Shown here piece by piece: positions 22,772 to 37,700 of a DNA stretch of 64,000 nucleotides (positions within the stretch are counted from its first letter, which is position 1; each line of letters opens with the position of its first letter). Made by a program: the position numbers and the translations under genes. The DNA comes from Paragordius varius. Lineage: Eukaryota; Animalia; Nematomorpha. Under the pieces are notes generated by a model. The model saw only the letters and a program-made list of their open reading frames with translations, did not search any database and had not been told where the DNA came from. The DNA lies in the NCBI GenBank assembly GCA_964247055.1, contig OZ176055.1, positions 744,001 to 808,000 of the forward strand, in the 5' to 3' direction.

Positions 22772-25700
22772 ATGATATATAAGTTTTAAAATACAGTTTT
22801 AAAAATGATTATTTACTATATTATAATATTTATACTTTTTGTAAAAATTATTGTTTTAATATATTTATATTAAATTAAATAATTTTTTTTCAAAATCATT
22901 GCCATTTATTTAAAATTTTATACTTTATAAAAATTATTTTTTTAACATAAATATTAAACATAAAAATAAATTTTAAATTATTTTTTTGATTACTTTTTTA
23001 TCCTTTAGTTTATCAAACAAGGAAAAAAATTCCGCCCTAAATACTTATGATGAGTGTGGTGATGATGATTTAACTTCATTTACACCCTTGTATATGTTAA
23101 ATTCAAGTCTAAGCCTTATAAATGAAGGCATTTGTCAAATATTTACCTTGCAACTAAGTAAGTCCTACAATGTTTCACCTTGCCATGAACAGAATAAAGA
23201 ATTTATAATGGATGATTTGATTAAAACGAAATCAAATTTGCTGGGATACATATTTAAAAGCTGTTTGCCGAATTTTCTAAAGGTAGTATTATAGGCAGCT
23301 TAATAATATAAATACCGGTAAAAGTTAGATTCTAGGTGGTGTTTTGAAATAATTTTTTGCGTTTGAAAACAAAATCTATAAAAGTTTAAAGTTAGTCAAA
23401 ATTTTATTTTATAAAGTTTAAAAAATTTTTGTGTATTTTAAAATTATTAAATATTATACGATTTTTGGGTAATTTTTTATTATTATTATAGATTAATCTT
23501 TACAACATTTATATTAATTTATTAATAATAGTTATGAAATAATTAAAATAGAAATCATTGTAAATGCTATTGCACCCAATTTGTATCATAATCCAAAATT
23601 CATATTCTCATATAAGTTATCGAGAAAACTAAATTTCAAAAATATGGTTTTTTTACATTGTAAAAATGATATTTATAAAGTAAAAATTGAAATTATACGG
23701 ACAAAACATAAAAATAAACCCTACTTTTCAAACCTTAATTTTTATACATAAACTACTTGATTACATTTTTAAATGATATAGAATTGAGTATACATACAAT
23801 TTATATATGTAATCCTTGAAATCAAAAACAATAATTTATAAATAAAAAAAACCATGATTTAAAAAGTATGGCAGTCTTTTGGAAAAAATATTTGTCTTTA
23901 TATTTTTACGTTTTACCCTTATAATTTCAATTTTTACGTTATAATTCAGAATCGTATTCTCATATAAGTAAGTTATCGAGAATATTAAAATTTTTGAAAA
24001 TTTAGTTTTTAACATTGTAAAAATGATATTTATACTTTTTATGTCCTTGTAATTTATTTATATTCATTATAGGCTATTTCACTCTATTGCTATAATCAAT
24101 TTGTTAACAATTCATCTCAAACTAAATTTCCCACATCTCTTATGGCCCTTTTCCGACTCCTAGCTTGGTTGAAAGATTTTTTAACTTCAAATAATATCAA
24201 TAATGTTGAAACAAAAATTGATAATTACAATCACATTACTATTAATGAAGAAAATAAAGTTAAAGGCTTATTGAATATTGAATCACCACCGCATTTGGAA
24301 AAAGTGATAAATGGCAATTTAAAAGCCTTGCTATTGATATTTGGCCCACATATATTTTTACAATACATACCCCACCATATTGATCCGTACGGACTGAGAT
24401 TTGATTTAACACGGTAAGGATTTAAAATTTGTTTTAAAATTATATAAAGATAAACGTTTTTTTTCATAATTAGACATAAACCCTAATTATTGACATATAA
24501 AATTATTCATTTTACATCAATTATAAAATGTATAATTGATTGTGTTATTACTAGTATACATCATCTCTATTTCCTACTTTGCAGTTTTTTAAACTCTAAA
24601 TTAGTTATTTTTAAAAAAATTATGATTAAAAAAGTATGGGTTGAGTTGTCTTTTAGAAAATATATTTGCCTTTATTTTTATGTGTTGCCATGTATATATA
24701 CCATTTACAGTTCATATTCGCCTTAAAAATAAAATATGTATTTTTGAACTAATATAACTCATTATTAACATTAAATATATCTTTATGCCATAGTTTATCA
24801 TTTTTCAGCATTATTTTTAATTTAAAAACATTTTTTTAAAAAAAAAACACGCATAAAAATATAGATAATTTTTAATCAAAACCATATATAGAGGGTAAAA
24901 TTGAAATGTTCGAGGGTTATATTTAATTGTAGGTGAAATTTAATTGTAGGGAAATTTGAAGGGTGAATTTGAATAAGGGTGAATTTGAATTGTTCCAAGT
25001 TATTTAAATTGTTTAAGGGTGAATTTCAATTTTTCGGGTAAATTTGAATTGCTTAAGGTTGAATTTGAATTTTTTGAGGGTAACTCAATTATAATTGCAA
25101 TATATATATATGTATATTAATTTGGTTTTTAGGGAATAGATTGGTATTTTACAATTTTGATGATTTATCAGAAATTTCGGTAGAAATTTGGAAAATACAT
25201 TAATATTTTTGTTTTTATAAAGTGGATATTTTCAAATACATATTATTTTTGATTATTTAAGCTTTATAATTTTGGAAATAATGTTAAAATAAACGTAACT
25301 TTGTGCACTAACCAAATTTGTTTTATTTTAATTGATTGAAAAATAATTTTTAAGTAAAAAAACTCCCATATAATAGATTATAAAATTATAATATTTATTT
25401 TTTTTATTTTAGAAGTTGGATTTTTCATTTATGATCAATATTTTTAATTTTTGAATATAATATTTATCATTGCCCGTTTGCTTTTAAATGTTTGATTTAT
25501 AATATAACTACAGCTCATATACACTCATGAAGAATTCACATTTACCCTAAAATAAGCTATATGTTTTTTTCACCTTAAAAATTACCTAAATATTTTATAA
25601 CATTTTGTTCTTCAAAATAAAATACTTGTAAAGCTATATATTTAATGAAAATTTATATTAGCCCAAAAACATAGGTAAAATTAAATTGTTGTTCAAGGGT

Positions 25701-28700
25701 GAATTTAATTGTTCAAAGCTGAATTTGAATTGTTCAAGGGTAATTTTGCAATGTTTAAATAGTATATATTTTCATTTAAAAAATTCTAAACAATTTTATT
25801 TGGTTTATTTTAGAAGTTGGATATTTCCACTCATGATGGATTGTTTGAATGGACGAAACAACAATCATCATTTTTTGCCCAAAACTGAAAATAGTAGTGC
25901 CAATTTTGATTCTCCCACACATTATCGTTGGAATACGATTCAAACTTTTAGAACGCAACTTTACCCCTTGGCTTGTTCTTTGCGACAGAAGGGTAATTTT
26001 TGTTTAAAAAAATAAAAATTTATTTATTTTTGAGCAAAATTTTGAACTTAATTGATAAAGGAATACTTTTTTTACAAAAACAATTGATTAATGAAGGAAT
26101 GATACGATATGGTTTAATTTAATATTAAATGAAATTTAAGGTTTATTCAATATTAAAATCATTAGTATATGGTCGGCTCGCTTTTTTAATTTAGGCCCTC
26201 TTACCCGCTCCCCCCGTAAAATGCCATTTTTTTCAAAAAAATGAGGTCCACAAAAATAATTTTTTGAATCTATTTTTGGCCCAAGTAAACAATATATTAG
26301 TATGAATGCACCGTTTTGAAATTCCTATGAGATCATAGCTATTAAATAATGTTTCGAAATATTTCACATAGGTGGATCATTTTATTGTCCCTTTTTATAA
26401 ATAGCCCCTCAGAAGTCCGAAGGACTTCCTCGGGCTGCGTAGCAGCACGAGATCGCTAGTTTTTCTCATATAAATTATTTGATTACAATTGTAAAACACA
26501 TAATTGATTGTGTCACTAATTTAAATCTCTTTTAAAGCAATAAAAAAATCAAGATTAAAAAAGTATGGTCATCTTTTGTTGCAAAAAAATATTTTTCTTT
26601 ATATTTTTTACTTATAATCTATTTATTTATATATATACATATATATTATGTCTTTTAGCCTTTGAACTATGTTCATTAAAAACACCATCAAACTCCACTA
26701 ATAATAATTATGAAGCAAAAACTGGAAAAACAACAAATTTAAGCCTTGAAATGGCCACAAATATGCATACTTTATCATTACAAATTTGGTCGATTTTACC
26801 CTGTTTTATGGCTCATGATATGTGTTTTATTAATTCCTCTCTTTTGAAAAATAATGGTTTATCGGGTGAAAACTTTACGTTTTTATCCGGACTGGCTCAA
26901 CATTATTTACAACCTAGTAAGTTATTTCAAAAGTTTTTTGTAACAATTTAAATGTATATATCAAAAGTTAGGGTTAGGGTTTTCAAATTATGAAAATTTA
27001 ACAGTATAAAAAACGTAATATGTAAAAAAGTTATTTAGTTTTAAAGTTTTGCAGTATTTTTTACGGGGAATATGTCATTTAATTTTGGGTTTTTACCGTA
27101 ACGTTAAATTAAGTTTACGAGTTTTTTTGATATTTTTTAAAAAATTAAGTTTTTTTTTCAATTGGCTTTAACTATTCAAAACCAAATATGTTTTCTGATT
27201 TAAAAAAAATATATATGAAATTTTACAGTAAAAATTGAAATTATACGGACAAAACGTAAAAATCTAAAGACAATTTTTTTTAAAAAAGACAACCCCATAC
27301 TTTTAAAATCTAATTTTATCTTGTGACAATTATTTAAATACAATCGTAAAATATGTAATTAATTGTGTTACCAATTTACATCTCTATAATATACTTTTCA
27401 GTTTAAATAGTTATACTCAAAAAAATCAAGATTTTAAAAAACAAAAATATTTGTCTTTATATTTTTCCGTTTTGTCCGTATAATTACAATTCCAATTTTA
27501 CTGTATACCGCACGTTTAGGGTTTCAACTTAATTTGCTCTACTAGTTTATAAAGCCTATAAGTTTTTGATTTTTGAGATTTTTTAAATAATATAATCTTA
27601 TTCAATTAGGAATTTTAAATCGCTTAACAATATATGCTACGTATTATTGTTATTTTGATATAACAATGTTTGCGTAAAATAGCATATTTTTTTTAAATTC
27701 AAAATTTTTTTAAAAAAATATTAATATTTATATAAGTTTATTTTTACTGTCAATTATTTTTTTATTTCATGTTTTATAGTAAATTTTTTGACACCTCATG
27801 TCTCATCATCAAATGAAAATACTACTATTTGCAGTAATAATAATGTTAATAATCTTCAACAACAAAAATTTATGTTTCAAGAATCCGAAGAAATGCCATT
27901 GATTATTTTAAAGACTTTTAAGACATTTTTTACCCAATTATTGCCCGTCAAAGTAAATATTTCATTATAAACTTTTTTTAGTTAAAATGATTTTGTATTG
28001 GTTGTTAAAAAAATGGTTTTACAGTCACGAAATTTTACGGACAAAACAAAAAAATATAAAGACAAATGTTTTTTTTTCAAAATACAACCCCATACTGTTT
28101 TAAACCTTAATATATTCTATAATAATCATTTAATTACAATCGTAATTACGTAATTAATTGTGTTACCAATATACATTTCTATTATATACTTTTCAATTTA
28201 AAACAATAAGTAATTAGATTTAAAAAGTATGATTGTCTTTTAGTATAAAAGAATATTTTTCTTTATATTTTAACATTTTGTTCGTATAATTCCAACTTTT
28301 ACTGTAGCTTAAAAACGAAGTAAATTTAATATTTAAAGGACAAAATATAGGCAATAATGACCACGGATGTGGTCAAAATCAGAAAACTCTTTATTTGTTT
28401 CACTCCTGTAAAAAATTTTATAAAAAACTATCATTATTTATTTAATTAAAATTTAATTTTATATAATTAGTAAGTATATTTTTTATGGATTATCGTAATG
28501 AAATCCCTTTTGCTATATTTTTTGGCTCGTTATAAAACGGCACTTCTCAAAATAATTGAAACTTTGTCGGAATCATAAGATTAAATTTTTAACCCTAATT
28601 TTATTACTTAAATAATTAGGTTAATTTTTTAAAATCCGTAAAAAGTTTATTATAATTAAGATGAATAGTTTATTATGGACTATGTGTAATTACTGGCGTA

Positions 28701-31700
28701 GGGGGTGATCATTTATTTTATACATACTTTTTATAACTATATATTAGCAACGCGCACGCTTTTTGGTAAAATATATCATTTACAAATCAAATTTACCCTT
28801 GAACAATTTAAATTATTCAATCTAAATATAAATTATATGTATTTTCGGGCTAATATTAATTAATTTATTTGCAATATATTTTCACGACATAGTTTAATTT
28901 AAACGGAATTTTATTAATTAAAGTATTATAAAATAAAGGGAATTTTTAACCTTGAAAAAACACACAATTTATTTAAGGGTAAATATGAATAGTTTGATGT
29001 TTAATTGTTCGAGGGTGAATTTGAATTGTTCAAGGGTGAATTAGATCTATAAATGGTATATATGGTTATATTTACGTGGCAAAAACGCGAAAAATCTAAT
29101 ATTTTGTGTTTTTATGTGCTATCATCAAATTAATCTAATTTTTAAAAAATGAATAAATAACTAAATAATGAAACAAATATAATATTTTAATGATTTATAA
29201 AGTATTTTTCATATAATATATGTAACATTTTAAATTTTAAAATAATTATTAAAAAAATAAAATAATCATTTTTTATTCTAGAATAATAATTTAATGATGA
29301 TGAATAAAACTGCTCAGTGTGGCGATTTATTTCAACAAATTGTTCCCGCCCTATTTAATATATACATTGCATTGGAAACTACGATTCTTAAAGGCAAGAA
29401 CAAATCTATTAACAGTACAGGAATTACTCAAAATGATCATTTAGCCCACCCAGCTAAAAATTGCGTCCTTGAAACATTAAAAGTTAGTTAGCCTTGTTTT
29501 GTTTTCTTTTACGTTTTAGTTTTGAATTTATATCAAAAATATCCAAAAATCTATTTTTTGTAAACAACGCAGAAAAATTAATATAAAAGAAATGAATTAT
29601 TTTTTAAAGGGTAAGAATTACAGGCGTAAAATATAATTTATTATGTTAATAATTTATATCTCGTTTGCCTTCTTAAAACAACTTTACACACAACGATAGG
29701 GTATTTAGACCAAGGTTTAAAAAATTATAATTTTTTATCTATTACAATACCAGTAATAATTGAAATTATACGGACAGAACATAAAAAACCTCTAAAGACA
29801 AATATTTTTTTAAAAAAAGGCAATCCCATATACCCTTTTTGAAACCTTATTATTTACTATTATATCTATATAAACTTTATAATTACAATTTTAAAATACA
29901 TAATTTATTGTAAAACACTAATATAGGTCTATATACCTTATTTTTTAAACTTTAAACATTGTGTTATAGCAAAAGAAATTTAGTTTAAAAGAGTACTACA
30001 GCAGCAGTCTTTGGGGAAATATTTGTCTTTAAGTTTTTTTACGTTGTTGTGTGTATATCTTATTTCAATTTTTACAGACAGTATAGTACTTTTTATATTT
30101 TGCCCCAAAATTTTACTCACATATTAATTTTCACAAAAATTTAACTTTTAATTTACATTTTTTGCAATATTTTAATGGTTGCTTCATTCACACTAACACA
30201 GTAGTATATCGAAAAAAAGAAAGAATGGAAATAATTGTGTTTATTCAACAACATTTTGTTACACTTTATCCATATACACTATTGTTTATTGCCCTACTAT
30301 AGTGTGAATTAAATAAGCAATCATTAAAATGCACACTATGTATGTATTATTGATTTGGCCCAGTTATTGGGATTCCATGGATTAATTTACGATATATATA
30401 TATATCTATCATTTGTTGCGTCGTTTCGAGGTATGTTTAGGAATTTAAAATCTTGTTTTATGATTTTTGAGTTCAAGTTGTTTTAGGCATCTTTTTTCGG
30501 TTGGGGTAGCAGAGGGATCCGTAAATCAAGAATTTCTTTTTTCAGGTGAGTCTATATTGGATTTGTCTATGTGTGTCCAAAAAATACCAAAGTCTATTAT
30601 TGGTTTTCTAATAAAAGCTGTTATTGGTTTCTAGTTCATTCTTGTGGTAGAATGAATTTATATTATCATTATATATTTTGCATTGTAGTTTTGCCATATT
30701 TTAGATTGCATTATCAGTTAGTACGTTGGAACTTTCAACCCATTTCATAGCTAAAGTATGGGAAAAGATAAATTACACCAACTCAATCTTTCTACACAAT
30801 AATAAAACTGATGATAATAAAATCAATAATGAACCGAATTCGGTTTTGTCTTTGAATGGCGGCATAAATGAAAATATTGTGAAAATTCCATCCTGGTTAG
30901 ATATTGCATGTCTTATTATGCCACACTTGAAATTTCCATTGGAAAAAAGTAATGGTAAATAGTTTTTTGCAAATAATTTTTTATTACAAGCAATTATTGA
31001 AACAAAATCTGAAGATATATATATATTATATATATATATATATATATATGCTTAAATTTAAGGAAAAAACAATTATTAAAATTTTTTTATTTATTATTAA
31101 AGTATTCTTTTAATTTAGAAAAATCGTGACAATATGGGAAAAAGATAATTTCTCTTTTAATTACTTTAACACTGTAAAATAGATTAATTTTTATGGCGAT
31201 TTCTGCCTTTTTTTAACCATTTTTATAATTTTTAGCTTATTTGTTTTCTATACTTTTAAAAATTTCTGGTGTTGATTATTAAGTTACTTACAAAAACATT
31301 ATTTAATCTTTACAAAAAATTTAAGGCAAACTTCTTTTCAAAACCATAGTACTTTTTAAGCATTAACTTTTTTTACAAAAAATTAAATATAATTCTTACA
31401 TATTTAATTGCTTGTGTTGCCAATTTACATCTCGATACCTACTTTACTTTTTAACACAATGAGTTTTATTTAAGAAAAAATTCTTTTGTAAAAAAATAAT
31501 AAATCTTTCTTTATATTCCTTTTTGGCAATTAAATATATATATTTTTTAGATGAAAACATGCCTTCAACAATTATAACGCAATTACAAACTAATATTTTA
31601 TTTTATGCCCTTGATAAAATAACTCGAAACATAAAAGATGATTTATATCACACCATTATAAATCATAATATGACGCTGGCAAAGAGTATACAGAAACGAT

Positions 31701-34700
31701 GTTTCAAGTAAATCCAACTTTTTTTATTAAAATTTTCAATTTTTTCATTTTTCTGATTAAAATTTTTATTTTTTTTACATATATATATATATATTTAATT
31801 TACTTTTTTAAGAAAAAATTTTGAACAATTTTAACAATTTCAAATATTCCATTTACAAGTTAAATTTACCATTAAACAATTTAGATTCACCTTCCAATAC
31901 ATATTTACCCTTGAACTCAAATTCACCCTAAAAATAAATTATGTGTTTTTGGGTTTATTTTTACGACATAGTTTATTTTTTTCAGCATTATATTAATTTA
32001 AAAAGGATTTTATATTTTAAAAATATAAAAAAATAAAGGTAATTTTTTATAGAAAAACACATTTATTTTAATTTGAATTGTTCAAGGGTAAATTTAAATT
32101 CTAAATGGTATATATATTTTGTTGTAAAATAAAACCTATCAATAGATATTTGGAACAATGGATGATAAATTTAACAGTTAATTCCATGCAAATTACTGAT
32201 GTTAAAGAAAACCTTGAAATTGCAAACTTTACTAATGCCTATTATCAAGAAATATTGAATGCTCTTGAAAATTATTGCAAAACAAATAATTTGGACTTTG
32301 ATGATTTTTGTTTTACAAAAAGCACTCTGAATGAAAAAAATGCAACAAAAAATTCTAAAACTCATTACGATCGATTGTTAAGGCGAATAACTAACCTACT
32401 TTGTAAAACTTGGCATTTAACATTTAAACCAAGCTTTGGTGTACGTTTCAAGTGTCTCCATTATTTGCTATATAATAATATTAAAGACAATAACAATATT
32501 AAAGATTCTGAAATATCAGTATCTGAAATGGAAATCCACGCTACTCAAGAAAATGTATGTTTGCTTTTCAAATTTTTATACGAATTAAATTAAAGGTTAT
32601 TAAATTAGTAAGTTTTTAATATTATGTATGCATCTTTAAACTTTTTTAAGGACAATACTATAAAGGGCTTTTATTTATGCAAAGCAGTTATTTTTTTATA
32701 TGATTTTCTTTATCAAATAGTTTATTAGATTCTTACTATCTATGTTTTTCTACTTGTACTGTCATTTTTAAAATATAAGGAAATTGTTTTTAAGTATAGT
32801 AAAATTTAATATTATACGGACAAAACGTAAAAATATAAAGACAAATATTTTTTTCTAAAAGACAACCATACTTTTTAAATCTTGATTTTTTTTAAATATA
32901 ACTCGTTATTATAAAACAATATAATAATGTAAATTAGTATCACATCAATTATGTATTTTACGATTGTAATTTAATCATTTTTTTACGGGATAAATTAAGG
33001 TTTAAAAAAGTATGGTTATCTTTTAATAAAATTTTGCATTTATATTTTTACAGTTTGTTCGTATAATCTGAATTTTTACTGATCTAGTTTAAGTTATAGT
33101 TCAATGATTTGTCTTTAAAGTGAATTTTATAAGAAAAAATAAAAAAAACAAATCAAATAATTTTATTGGTGAAGAGTATATTTTCCATTTATATTTCATT
33201 TTATATTGCATATCGATTTGATGTTATAAACTGTATTAAGCTTTATTTTACGGGAAAACTCAAATATTTTGATACACAGTGTTTATTATTGGTCACAAAA
33301 ATTTGTTAAATGCTATTTTTTTAAAAGATTAACAACTAAAATTAAATTTTGTATTTTTTTAAATTATAAAATAAGCTAAAATTTGTATTAAAATATTTAA
33401 TTGGAACTAGACGGGTTTTCGTAGCTCCAAAACATGGTTATATAAAAATATGGAGTTGTATTTTAAATTAAAAATAATTTTTTGCAATCCATACTTATTT
33501 TATACCATTTACAATTCAAATTTACCCTTAAACAATACTCTGGAACAATTCGAATTCACCCTAAAAATAAATTTTATGTGTTTTTGGGATAATATAACTC
33601 ATCATTAATATGAACTATATTTTTACGAGATATTTATTATTTTTTCAGCATTATATTAATTTTAAAGAGAATTCCATAGTTTAGAAATATTATAAAATAA
33701 AGGTAATGTATAATCTTAAAAAACACATAATTTATTTTAAGGTGAGTTTAAATTGTTCAAGGGTGAATTCGATCTGTAAATGGTATATATAATTATTTTT
33801 ATAATAAATTTAATACATTAATTTGATATGGTAGATTGATATGGAAAACATACAGAAATCATACAACACTGAAAGATGTCAAATACTAGCAGGCCTAATT
33901 CCTGAAGCCATTTTAACATGCTATGGAAAGTATAATTTAATTTTTAAATTTTTAACTAAAAAAATTATTTTTAAATTTTTAACTAAAAAAATTTTATTTT
34001 ATACTATATCATGAATATATAAATATACAGTAAAAATTGAAATTATATTGTGGACAAAACGTAACAATATAAATACACATATATTTTTTCTAAAAGAGAC
34101 CATCATATTTTTTTGATCTTATATTTTTCGAATATAATTGTTTGTTTTAAACGAAAAAGTATAAATTAGAGATGTTAATTGGTAGCACAATCCATTTTGT
34201 ATTATACGATTGTAATTAAATGATTTTTAAAGGATAAATAAAGGTTTATAAAAAGTATGGTTGTTTTTAGAAATAAATATTTGTCGTTATATTTTTACAT
34301 TTTGTCCGTAGTTTTTTAATATTTAGCATAAAAACAAACCAACAAAGTAAAATAAATTTTTTTAACAAACTTTTATGAAAAAAAATTTTTTTCCAGGTAT
34401 TTTATCATTATTTGTGCTTAAAATGAATTTCAATTTAAAAATGAAACATAAAATTAAATAAAAACATTTATTTTATCATAAATAAAAGTATACTTTCTAA
34501 ACTTTTATCTGTATAATTATATTTACAATTATTAGATAAATGCCTCAAAAATATAATTTTCATTACATCCAAATGATTTGTCTTCATAAATTTTAACTTT
34601 TTATGTCATATAACTTATTCCAGGGATATCAGTTCAAAAGCACGCACGCTGGCTTTAGAATTTGTTGGGAATTTGCTAGAATTTCAAATTTCACCATTTG

Positions 34701-37700
34701 CTATTCAACAAAATAAATTTATGGATAAAAACACTAATAATAATTTTTTCGCTTCTTATGACGCGTTTTTAAAAACTGTCTTATGTGATCGTATAAATGC
34801 CTACATTGTTGCAAAAAATTGTGGTTTCCAAAAAAATTATTTCAAACGCACATCTAAGGAGGATAATAAAAATGTTAAAAATGGCATAAATATAGATATG
34901 GAAACAGAAAGTAATGAAATGGGAAATAATGAAGAAAAAACTATAGGTATGGGTTAATATACCATTTATAGTTCAAATTCACTCTCGAACAATTCAAATT
35001 TACTCTAAAAATAATTCAAATTCATCTTTGAACGATTCAAATCACAATTTACAAATCAAATACACTCTTTAACAAAATTCAAATTCACCCTTAAACAATT
35101 AAAAATACATCTTTATGGCATAGTTTATTATTTTTTCAGTATATTATTTCAATTTAAAACAAAATTTCAATAACATTTATAAAAATATAGTTAATTTTTA
35201 ACCTTAAAAAACATATATTATATTTGAGGGGGAATTTGAATTGTTTGACGGTGTATTTTAATTAAGGTTTTATTTGAATGGTAAATGGTATTATTGGGTA
35301 ATTTTAAATTTTGTTTATCTTAGTAAATAAATAATTTTGAAATATAGATTTTAATTAAAAAATTAATTATAAAAAACAAAAAAAATTTATATATTAGTCC
35401 AATTTCAAAATATTTATAATGTAAAGAATCACCCCTTAAATCAAACAGAAGTTAATATTTAAAAATACGGTTAAATTTTAAATTATTTTTCTTTGGCTAA
35501 GTTAAAGTTAAAAAAGTCAAAAAAAACATTATTATAAATTAAAAATAATTTACTAGTTTTTTATTAATTTTAAATACTTTTTTTGGCGTATTTCATACAC
35601 ATATTTATATTAGTTGATTAAAATTATCCAATCTATGCAATATTGTTCTCATATTTTTTTATATATTTTAGAAAAAGTAAGCAATTTAGTCTTTGACCAC
35701 CCGCTTGAAAATGAAAACCAAGTCATTGCTTGTTTGACTGTTTTAAGCTATTTTTATCTCAATGTTGGTTCAAGTAATAAAAATTACTTTTTTTATATAT
35801 ATGTATATAAGTTTGAAATTTAAGGTAAAAATTATTACGGAAATAATATTATTTGATTTATATCATGCATACTATATAGTTTAAAATTTTTTTATCTAAT
35901 ATAATTTATGTAAGATTGTGCACTTTTCATATTGTTCAATATAATTTATTTGGGGTTTATCGGTTTTTTTTTCAAATTAATAATATACATTTACAATTCG
36001 TATTCACCTTTAAACAATTCAAATTCACCCTAAAAATATATTATGTGTTTTCGGGCAGCTTATATAACTTATCATTAATATCAAATATATCTTTATGGCA
36101 TAGGTTATTATTTTTTCAGAACTATTTTAATTTTAAACCAAATTTCATTTTTCAAAAATATATAAAAATATAGGTAATTTTTAATCTTAACAAACACCAT
36201 AATTTATTTTAGGGTGAATTTGAATCGTTCGAGGGGGAATTTGAATTGTTTGAGGGTGAATTTGAATTGTTTAAGGGTGAATTTTAATTGTTTATGGGTG
36301 AGTTTCAATTGCTTAAGGTGGAATTTTAATTTTTTAAGGGTGAATTGGAGTTGTTCCAAGGTATATTTAAATTTTGAGGGTGAATTAAAATGAAAATGGT
36401 ATATATTTGCAAGCTAATATGCTTAATACAAAATATATATTGTTTACCATGTTATCAAATATTTTTTAGCTAACACTTGAGATTCTTAGATTGAATTTGC
36501 CCAAATTATTTTTTTTAACCGTAAAATCGTTAGTGTGCCAATTGTTTTACAGTAAATTTCCATATTTTACCCTGATTGTCGAATATGTATATTCACATTA
36601 TTCCCTTCATTGTCAAAGATGGAATTTAATTAATATTCAGTTCAGTTTTTTAAAAAAATATATCCTAAAAAAATGTTATAAATTATTTTTTTTAAATTGT
36701 TGGTTTTTAAAGTACCCTTATGGCAAGATATATTCAACTTTAAACATAGAAAAATACCAAAATTAAGAGGAATTAGGAATAGAGCATACATTGATGAATA
36801 TCAAATCATTTTTTTATAATCATATTTGAAATTTTTTAAAATCAAATTTAACTTAATCTAATTTTTTTGTTTTACATACAGAAATGCTGGAAGAAACCAA
36901 GTTTCAAATCTTAACTGGCATAGTAGATTGTATTGGCCATGTGGGGGAAATTGCCCAATTATTATGTCAGAAAACTAAACATAAAACTCACAAGAAGAAC
37001 AACACAAATGTTAATGTTAAATTATTGTTGAAACATTTGTTAACGTTTTTGGTGGACGCGTTCAAGAGCACTCCACTTACTATGGCTATTATGTTGGCAC
37101 CATCTTTTGTAATCTTTTTTTGTTTATTTTTTTTTTGATTTCGTTTTTTATATTCATAAAATATTTTTAAGTTTATATCCTAGTATTAATGATGAATAGT
37201 TAAAGATTCCAATATTTTTTCGCTCACAAAGTTTGAAAAAAAAATGTTTTTTGATGCGTTTTTTCAGATTTGATGTTTTGAAAATATGAATTATCAAGAA
37301 AATAAAATCAAACGAAAATGATATTATTATTATTTTATAGAGAAAACCATATTTTTGACCGTTATTTTCTAAAGAGACATTTATGAATTGGAGTTAAATT
37401 TAAATATGACTGTATTATATATATATATATATATATATATTCTATTCCTTATTTCTCAACTAAATACGAAGTTGTGTTTATTTTATATATACAAAAGATA
37501 TTTCAAAGATGTGTTGTATAAAAAATTACTTCAATATATTATTTTGAATATTTTAATTATTACTCTATAAATTTTGTTTTTAACTATTTTGAGTTTTTTA
37601 TTGCCTATAATTTATTTTTCTGCCATGCATTTTAGATCCAGAATATATCGAAAGTTCCCAAATTTTTACGCATCTCACTTCAATTCAAAATCAAAATTAT

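Noticed and set aside
33823-33844. 9-bp direct repeat (ttgatatgg) flanking the exon 19 acceptor, as an intron-gain signature
   Set aside because: A single short AT-rich repeat, with no matching repeat at the donor; compatible with chance.
36210-36390. Regular 20-bp repeats as a CRISPR array
   Set aside because: The units are contiguous, with no unique spacers; they lie inside family A MITE arms in a eukaryotic intron; no cas genes are present.
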